Both the position numbers and the translations under genes were made by a program. Positions 6,021-12,294 of a stretch of 12,294 nucleotides of DNA are shown piece after piece. The stretch is from Desulfurococcaceae archaeon. Its GTDB lineage: Archaea; Thermoproteota; Thermoprotei_A; Sulfolobales; Desulfurococcaceae. The notes under the pieces were generated by a model. It ran no database searches and was not told where the DNA came from. It saw nothing but the letters and a program-made list of their open reading frames with translations. Position 1 is the first letter of the stretch; every line of letters starts with the position of its first letter. The stretch spans positions 1-12,294 of the forward strand of contig JAWAJB010000029.1 of the NCBI GenBank assembly GCA_038888155.1, written 5' to 3'.

Positions 6021-9000
6021 CTACCACACGGTTAGCGGCAGGTATAGCGGTATGCTATACCACTCAAAGTACACTCTCGCCGTCCCTCCATCAATCCAGC
6101 CGACAGTTGTTACCGGCATTTTCATCAGCGCTTCTAGCGGTACTATGTACGCGCCTTTCGGCGCCGTGTCAGTAGGCTTCACTACCACCCTGACGTCTAG
6201 TACCGTACTAGTTACGCTCACGACTTCGGTGTAAACTACCAGCCCGTATTTGAGCAGGTCGGGTATATAGTAGGTTCCCGTATCCGTGTATACCATTCCC
6301 GTGTTAGTCGCGTTCAGTACTGCTGGTAGTAGGTCTTTGACCTGCGTTCTAATACTTAGTAATAACTCGTACCCTTTAACGGCGGCGTTATAGCCTGCTG
6401 TAATCCTCGTAACCACGGGTATTAGTTCCACTGTGAATGGCTCAGCGTAGTCTACTCCGCGGAACTGTATATTCCTCACGACAACCCTGTAAACGCCTGG
6501 AGTGAGAGCCGGTGACACCACCATCGATAAGCCGGGTTCAACGCTGTCCCAGAACCTAGTCGGGTTGTAGCTACCCCCGCCACGCGGGTCTCTCGAGAGC
6601 TCCGCGGCTAGCTGCACGCTGTTAACCGTGTACTCGTATACCCTTAGGGTGGCCGGGTCCACCATGTAGTAGGTGTAGGGGCCGTACACGTGCACGTCCA
6701 CGTTGCTGGCGTACTCGGGCTTGTCGTACACGGGCCAGGTTACCCTCACGCCGAGGGCCCATGGGTCTCTGAGTGCGGGGTGTACTATGACCTTGAACAC
6801 CCTCCAATCGCCTGATTCGTACCTCCACGTGTAGTCGAATGCCCCTCTCAAGTAGGTGTTCTTCCTGGGCGTGTTCTCCGTGTAGGGCTTAATGGCGTAT
6901 ATCCTTTCCTCCCTGAGCTCCACGGGCACGAAGAACGATACTGGTACCAGTGCACGGAAACCTTTCGCGGCCTCCTCCACCACTACGTAGCCGCTGTAGA
7001 ACCCTGGGTTTGCGGGCGCCCTGACAATGAGGTTGACTACTGCCTTCTCACCCTTGCCAACCAGTACTCTCGAGGGCGTCGCGTAGACCTCTGCCCAGGG
7101 CTTATACTGGTACCCTACGACCCTTGCCTTGACGGGTATTAATCCCCTATACGTGGCACCTGATACTCCCAGCCTCACGACGAGGTATCTCGGTAGCGTG
7201 GTGGGCTCTACGCCCATGTACGCCCTAGCCAGGTGCTCGATCTCGCTGATCTGCCCTTCAAGGTCGCCCATTTGCACCCTGAGGGCGTTTCCTCCGAGTA
7301 TATTGTAGTATATTCTGGCGGTTTCGAGCCATGAAAACCTGCCATCAGCACCGACGTCGATCCAGTACGCTAGTTCGAGTATGCTCGACGAGATCGTGTT
7401 ATTGTACGCCCCGGTTCTACCGCCCGCTTCGAAGTACTCGAAGGGGTATATCACCTCTATTTCGAAGTAGTCGTACTTCTTCAATGCTTCGGCGTCTACG
7501 ACCATGTGCCCGTACACCGTTGCGGCCGTGACGTTTAGTGTGATGCTGTCACCGCTACACGAGGTTATGACAGCCGGCTCAACTACGCCTTTAACCAGGT
7601 CACAGAAGCTCCTCGTCTCCACAGCCTCCAGCCTAGTGGAGTACACCTTGTAGTCGCCGGCACCTTCGATCGTGATAGTCCTTGTAACGGCCCTGGCGGC
7701 TACTTCGGGTATGAATACTTTTGGCTCAAACCACTCCCCGGACGGAATCTCACCATACGTTACTGAACTGTAAGTGCCAGAGAGCTCTGAGAGCAGGTCT
7801 TTTAGCAAGTCCCTCGAGTACACCCTGGGGTATGACGGGTCTAGTACGGCGGTCACGGCCTTGTACGCGTTCACGAAGCCCGCTCCTTGTGATAGCTCGT
7901 CAAAGCCCATGTCGTGGGCATTGTTCATCAACACTGTTTTCAGTAGGTATGGCGGTATCCTCGAACCGTACTTGGACTTGTAAGCCGATACTACTAGTGC
8001 GCCGACACCGGCGGCCATGGGCGTGGCTTGGCTGGTACCACTGAACAGCGCGTGTACCAGCCTCCCGTTAAGTGTCCTGTAGCCGAGTGCCTGCCACGTT
8101 CTACCCGTAGCCCAGGCAAACGCGCCGACGGCGACCACGTCCGGCTTAACCACGCCGAGCTCTGTTGGGCCGCGGTTGCTCCAGCTTATGACCTGCCTGC
8201 TTGAACCGGGCCACGCGTAGCCGTAGATCGGCCTATATGTGAACTCCGTGGCCGCGCCAACGCTTATTGATAGTGAAGATGCTGCTGGCGAGGCTATGGT
8301 ACCGTAGCCCGGTCCGCCGTTACCCACGGCTATGAAGTGAGCCGTGCCCGTTACCAGCGTTGTGTAGTCGAAGAGCAGGCTCTCGGGGTCCATTCCGCTG
8401 TTCCAGCCCCACAGAGCCCAGCCGCTAATTCCATAGGAGTTACTGGTTATGTCTACTTGGTGCTGCCCAGTGTAGGTCCATTTCCAGGACCAGCCCTCGA
8501 AGGCTATCCACGGGTTTGTTAGTAGCGCTGGCCACAGGTACGTGGAGCCCGTACCGTAGGGGGTCGCGATGTCGAACCCCGTGAAGAAGTACACTGAGAC
8601 AGCTACCGTGCCGAAGTACAGCGCTGGCGAGGCCGCGATCTTCGTTGCGGGTGCTTGGCCCGACATGCTCCTAACACCGTACCCTGTCTCTGCATAGTAG
8701 TCTCTACCGGCCGCTGTGGTAGCGCAGAAGGTCCCGTGGCTGTGGTAGTCGTACTCTATTACGACGTAGTCTCCGTAGGGGTCTAGTCCAGGCCACACGA
8801 GTGCTACTGTTTCACCACTCCAAGTTTCAAGTGAAAGCAGCGTGTACGTGCTGATACCGTAGAGTGGCGGTAACGGCGTGACGTGCTCTTTCAAGGCACC
8901 CGTCTTTTCGAGTATTATGCCGAAGGCAGCATCGTACACGTAACCTGCTAGCGTGCCAACAGAGTAGTCGTAGAGCCCGTCCCCGTTGAGGTCCCTTGCA

Positions 9001-10220
9001 ACGACTTCGTTACCGTACTTAATGGGTGTTTCGTCAGCGAATGAGAAATCGGGTGATCGGCCCACGTCTCCCGGTATGCTTACACTGCAGGGTGCTGGCT
9101 CGAGGGCCCATCTCAACAGGTATAGTGCAGTAGAGGTGTCAGCGTACAGCGTGTCGTAGTACCCGTCCCCGTTGCTGTCGACGACTATTACCGGTACGGT
9201 GTAGTATATCGTGGCGATGGCCGTGGACACGTACTGCATCATTAAACCGAACCTTACCACGCCACTACTAGGTATGCTTCCAATGTACCACTTGTTACCT
9301 TCAGGGAAGGGTAACCAGCCCGTGAATGCTCTGCAACCGGATACGCTGACGTACAGGCCGGCGGTCCATTTGAATACGTAGTACGGCGGATAGAACAGGT
9401 AGAGCTGTGCAGGGTCTACTACTATGTACCCGTCTCCCGTGGGCATCGCCTTGACCGGCGTTAGTACTAGTCCTAGGCTACTAACGTCAAATACCAGTGG
9501 TAGCCCGTACTCGTCCCTAGCTATCGCGTCTAGCCCTAACCCGGGTGAAGCGTAATCCACGCCGGTATCGATGATGGCTAATTTTACGTCCTCGCCCCTA
9601 ACACCGTACTGCGTCCACACATCTATCGCCCCGGTTATGTTAACGGTGTAGTGGTAGCTTCCCGTACCACCGCTCCCTACTTGCAACACCTCGCCCAGTA
9701 GCTGGTCGGTTCCGAGCACCTCATCCGCCATTCTCTGCTCCCTATTGATCAAGGCGTCTAGCCTGGTGTCGGGTAGTATGGCTAAGACCCCCGGCGTGCG
9801 CGCCAGCTCGTCCAGCTGATCCCTCGTTATCGCCGCGATGACGACGTCGTACACGTGGGTGGGTAGCGCCGCGACGAGACCTAATACCTTGCCCTTTAAG
9901 GCGGTTAAGGGAGTGCTCTTATCAACAACAATAATTACCTGCCCTACCTTGACGCCTTCTACCAGGTTAAATACATCTCTGCTAGGCTTAGTGAACGATA
10001 AGAGCGCGGGGTCTTCTACGTATGCACCGTGGTTCCAGTAGTTCTCGTCAAGGAGTGCGGGGCTCACGTAAGCTCTACTGTACCTCGGAGCTAGCTCCGA
10101 GCCGGTACTTCCCGCCAGGGCCATTGAAGGTGTTAAGGGAACTAGTAGGAGTGATGTTAGAACTAGAACTAACACGTACTTAGGTACTCTGTTGAACGCT
10201 CTATAGCTCATTACAGGCAC
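6021..10220 (-). CDS. Large secreted subtilisin-family (S8) serine protease, pyrolysin/STABLE-like
   Basis: Signal peptide and I9-like propeptide (...LDELARTPGVLAILPD). Catalytic Asp in AIIDTG (D218), His in HSHGTFCA (H495), oxyanion Asn in AVGNGG (N634), Ser in SGTSQATP (S730); KPDVVAVG and QGAGFVNA motifs; long C-terminal beta-rich extension. Confidence 0.93.
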   Translation of the reverse strand: MPVMSYRAFNRVPKYVLVLVLTSLLLVPLTPSMALAGSTGSELAPRYSRAYVSPALLDENYWNHGAYVEDPALLSFTKPSRDVFNLVEGVKVGQVIIVVDKSTPLTALKGKVLGLVAALPTHVYDVVIAAITRDQLDELARTPGVLAILPDTRLDALINREQRMADEVLGTDQLLGEVLQVGSGGTGSYHYTVNITGAIDVWTQYGVRGEDVKLAIIDTGVDYASPGLGLDAIARDEYGLPLVFDVSSLGLVLTPVKAMPTGDGYIVVDPAQLYLFYPPYYVFKWTAGLYVSVSGCRAFTGWLPFPEGNKWYIGSIPSSGVVRFGLMMQYVSTAIATIYYTVPVIVVDSNGDGYYDTLYADTSTALYLLRWALEPAPCSVSIPGDVGRSPDFSFADETPIKYGNEVVARDLNGDGLYDYSVGTLAGYVYDAAFGIILEKTGALKEHVTPLPPLYGISTYTLLSLETWSGETVALVWPGLDPYGDYVVIEYDYHSHGTFCATTAAGRDYYAETGYGVRSMSGQAPATKIAASPALYFGTVAVSVYFFTGFDIATPYGTGSTYLWPALLTNPWIAFEGWSWKWTYTGQHQVDITSNSYGISGWALWGWNSGMDPESLLFDYTTLVTGTAHFIAVGNGGPGYGTIASPAASSLSISVGAATEFTYRPIYGYAWPGSSRQVISWSNRGPTELGVVKPDVVAVGAFAWATGRTWQALGYRTLNGRLVHALFSGTSQATPMAAGVGALVVSAYKSKYGSRIPPYLLKTVLMNNAHDMGFDELSQGAGFVNAYKAVTAVLDPSYPRVYSRDLLKDLLSELSGTYSSVTYGEIPSGEWFEPKVFIPEVAARAVTRTITIEGAGDYKVYSTRLEAVETRSFCDLVKGVVEPAVITSCSGDSITLNVTAATVYGHMVVDAEALKKYDYFEIEVIYPFEYFEAGGRTGAYNNTISSSILELAYWIDVGADGRFSWLETARIYYNILGGNALRVQMGDLEGQISEIEHLARAYMGVEPTTLPRYLVVRLGVSGATYRGLIPVKARVVGYQYKPWAEVYATPSRVLVGKGEKAVVNLIVRAPANPGFYSGYVVVEEAAKGFRALVPVSFFVPVELREERIYAIKPYTENTPRKNTYLRGAFDYTWRYESGDWRVFKVIVHPALRDPWALGVRVTWPVYDKPEYASNVDVHVYGPYTYYMVDPATLRVYEYTVNSVQLAAELSRDPRGGGSYNPTRFWDSVEPGLSMVVSPALTPGVYRVVVRNIQFRGVDYAEPFTVELIPVVTRITAGYNAAVKGYELLLSIRTQVKDLLPAVLNATNTGMVYTDTGTYYIPDLLKYGLVVYTEVVSVTSTVLDVRVVVKPTDTAPKGAYIVPLEALMKMPVTTVGWIDGGTARVYFEWYSIPLYLPLTVW

Positions 10221-10247
10221 CCCTGTTTATGAGAAAGCATAGAAGAA

Positions 10248-10256
10248 GTTAATAAG
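10248..10256 (-). promoter_or_regulatory. Probable TATA box of the S8 protease gene
   Basis: CTTATTAAC on the minus strand ~28 nt upstream of the GTG at 10220; the only AT-rich box at a suitable distance. Confidence 0.5.
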
Positions 10257-10434
10257 TCTTAACAAGTTTTCGTGTTCACTAAAGCTACCCTCACTGTAGT
10301 CCGAGATCGCGTACTGTTCCGTTCTCGCGGATTGTTCCAGGCCTTTCGGTGCCTTCGGGGCGGTTAAATAGGCGCTTATAGCGCGCAGTTGCCCGTGCCC
10401 ACTAGCTAGGTCCCGTTAGCGCACTCACCAGATC

Positions 10435-10489
10435 TCGCGTTTCCGGGATCCACGATCACCCGCGGGGAGGTGACCCGGGGAAACCGCGA
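10435..10489. other. Extended imperfect GC-rich hairpin in a non-coding region (candidate structured RNA or mobile element remnant)
   Basis: TCGCG/CGCGA (10435-39/10485-89), TTTCC/GGAAA (10440-44/10479-83), GGG/CCC (10445-47/10474-76) and TCACC/GGTGA (10456-60/10469-73) pair in nested order. Confidence 0.4.
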
Positions 10490-10582
10490 TGAGCCTCCCA
10501 GTAAACGTAGAGGAGCTCAGAGCGGGAAAGGCGTTCCAGTCGCCGCGCTAAACACGGTCGGTTACTCGCGGATATGCGACCC

Positions 10583-11776
10583 TTAGTTGCTCGATACGCT
10601 TATTCTCACTGTGAGCGAGCCCGTTAAAGCCTCTACACCCACCACTACGTAGGCTTCTTCCATGGCAAGCTCTCTAAGGCTTATAGTTGCAGAGTATACT
10701 TCATTCCAGTTACTTGCCATTATTGGAGCGTCCCTTAATCTCAGCCTGAGAATCCACGGCATTACATAGCGTTCAGGGTACCACACTGTGGCCCAGTAAG
10801 TGCTCCCCAGGGAGTAGAACTGCCCCGTGGTTGGTATGGTAGCCGGGTCAACGTAAGTCACCGGGAAGTGTAGCAGGTAGCTGGATTCGTAGACGTACAT
10901 CACGGGAGTGAAGGCTACGGTAGAGCTGGCTACTACGCTAATGTTCACCTTGATGCTTAAGACGTCCACGCCGCGGACCCTAATGACCCTGTAGACCTGC
11001 AAGTACGCGCCGTTAGAGAGCACTTCGATGCTGTCCCCCATCACGGTGTAGTTCACCGATACACCGCACCCGTTAAAAGCACCGCTCACTCTGCTGTAAG
11101 TGAGCACCGATGGAATGCAGTACACTGGGTCGGAGTACGCGTACGTAACCCGGCGGAAGAGGCCTACATTAGGAGATTGCGTGAAGAGCTCTATGCCTGG
11201 ACCCTCGATGAGCGCGTTCACGGAGCTGGAGTTGCCTACGAAGACCTTAAAGCCAACGGGCAACACCGCCCACACACCTTCACCGCTATCGCCGCTTGGA
11301 AGCCTCAGGTATCGTAGTAGCTCGGGGTCCACGTAAACCTTGTTCCTTATGGTTTCGGGGGCGCGTGATAGGTTCGGGTCTAGCCTAGGCACGTAGTAGT
11401 AGGCTATACCGTTCTTGGACAATACCACTATGCTCACCGGCTCGGAGAACGCTGGTAACTCGACTTCGTAGGCACTCGTTATGAGCATGTCTAGGCGCTC
11501 GCAGTGAACTGGGTTATTCAGCGCGTCTTTAACCACGATCTCGGTGACGTGGACTGGGAGGTAGGGCTGTATTACCAGCTTGAAAGAGCTCTCGTTCACA
11601 TAACGCAGCGAAAGAACGGGCGGGTATATTACGTAGTAGAACCTCTCAAGACCACTGTTCAACTGGCTATTCACGCCCTCCACCGAGTTAGTCATCCAAG
11701 CGCAAAAGCCCATGATCAAGCCCACTACCACCATTAACGCTAAGTAAGCACCTACAATGGACTCTACACCGTGCAT
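10583..11776 (-). CDS. Type IV pilin-like / class III signal peptide-containing membrane or secreted protein
   Basis: N-terminus MHG|VESIVGAYLALMVVVGLIMGFCAWM then an amphipathic helix (TNSVEGVNSQLNSGLER) and a beta-rich domain, the layout of archaeal pilin-like proteins; extra ~240 aa C-terminal beta-rich domain. GGTGG upstream of the ATG. Confidence 0.55.
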   Translation of the reverse strand: MHGVESIVGAYLALMVVVGLIMGFCAWMTNSVEGVNSQLNSGLERFYYVIYPPVLSLRYVNESSFKLVIQPYLPVHVTEIVVKDALNNPVHCERLDMLITSAYEVELPAFSEPVSIVVLSKNGIAYYYVPRLDPNLSRAPETIRNKVYVDPELLRYLRLPSGDSGEGVWAVLPVGFKVFVGNSSSVNALIEGPGIELFTQSPNVGLFRRVTYAYSDPVYCIPSVLTYSRVSGAFNGCGVSVNYTVMGDSIEVLSNGAYLQVYRVIRVRGVDVLSIKVNISVVASSTVAFTPVMYVYESSYLLHFPVTYVDPATIPTTGQFYSLGSTYWATVWYPERYVMPWILRLRLRDAPIMASNWNEVYSATISLRELAMEEAYVVVGVEALTGSLTVRISVSSN

Positions 11777-11961
11777 GGAGCACGCCCACCAGCAACTAGG
11801 AGCGGTTTACAAGGAGGAGAGCCTGGTGAAACTACTCTAACTACCCGTACCGTTGAAGGTGAAGATCTGCCTCAAGCCAGCGTATAGCACCAGGTAAGCG
11901 CGCGGATGCTGCTCAGGCTTGAAAAGCAGTGCTCACTGCTCGTTAAAAGAGCTCCAGGTCG

Positions 11962-12294
11962 CTATTCCCGTTTCAGCATTTCTCTCAGTCTTTCACGTAG
12001 GCTGCTCGGATCGGTCATGAACACCTCGACCAGGGAGTCTACCGCTTCCGAATTCTCGTCTCCTAGTATGAGTGAAAGGTACATTTTTGCAATGAGTTCC
12101 ACGGTCTGTAGCGACCCGTAAACCCTAATTAAAAGGGCTTTAAAGGCTTCGGGGTTGTCTAGTAACAAGGCTATGCAATCACTATTGTTAAACTTCATGC
12201 AGTATAGGTCAAGGGTATAAGCTAGTCCTGGACTTTTAGCATTAATACGGTTCTTAAGCTGCTTGGAGAAGGTTTCATAGAGTGCTTGAAAGAC
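11962..12294 (-). CDS. Partial (5'-truncated) small alpha-helical protein, DUF3227/NitrOD5-like
   Basis: Frame of ORF 11962..12198 stays open to the window edge (VFQALYETFSKQLKNRINAKSPGLAYTLDLYC-MKF...). The pattern SPGL..TL..YC......C..LL..NP..F..LL..VYG resembles archaeal DUF3227-type proteins; family call is from memory only. Confidence 0.5.
   Translation of the reverse strand, partial: VFQALYETFSKQLKNRINAKSPGLAYTLDLYCMKFNNSDCIALLLDNPEAFKALLIRVYGSLQTVELIAKMYLSLILGDENSEAVDSLVEVFMTDPSSLRERLREMLKRE

Noticed and set aside
10341-10480. Resemblance of GCCTTCGGGGCGG and GCGGGGAGGTGAC to IS200/IS605 (TnpB) element ends
   Set aside because: Matches are short, not contiguous, and no transposase or tnpB remnant is visible; kept only as one alternative in the non-coding-region finding.
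10260-10582. SRP RNA, RNase P RNA, C/D-box sRNA or replication origin in the long intergenic region
   Set aside because: No SRP helix-8 GGAA motif, no RNase P P4 sequences, no complete C/D'/C'/D box set. GTTCCAG occurs twice but lacks the rest of an ORB, and there is no AT-rich unwinding element or cdc6 gene.
11777-11961. Protein-like minus-strand frame (ALLFKPEQHPRAYLVLYAGLRQIFTFNGTGS*) in the gap
   Set aside because: About 30 codons, bounded by an upstream stop with no convincing start or RBS.
1-12294. CRISPR array or defence system
   Set aside because: No regularly spaced 24-40 bp repeats and no Cas, nuclease or toxin motifs recognised; the RHH proteins are too long and have no adjacent toxin gene to be simple antitoxins.

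Overview
Archaeal chromosomal segment, most consistent with Thermoprotei/Desulfurococcales (TATA-box promoters, mostly leaderless GTG starts, oligo-T terminators, intron-containing tRNA, deoxyhypusine-synthase family gene). Almost all genes are on the minus strand. In transcription order (right to left): a partial small DUF3227/NitrOD5-like protein; a 397-aa type IV pilin-like protein; a GC-rich, structured ~280-bp non-coding stretch; a 1399-aa secreted subtilisin-family (S8) protease of the pyrolysin/STABLE type; a 969-aa membrane-anchored surface glycoprotein with a beta-rich head and a ~265-residue repetitive stalk (tetrabrachion/SlaB-like architecture); a translationally coupled pair of paralogous ribbon-helix-helix + V4R-like proteins; an intron-containing elongator tRNA-Met; and a non-canonical deoxyhypusine-synthase-like gene. 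The 3' part of a probable winged-helix regulator enters on the plus strand at the left edge. The most interesting signal is a putative cell-envelope module (stalked S-layer protein + anchorless giant protease) followed by a candidate heteromeric RHH-V4R sensor/regulator. All family assignments come from motif recognition by eye, not database searches.
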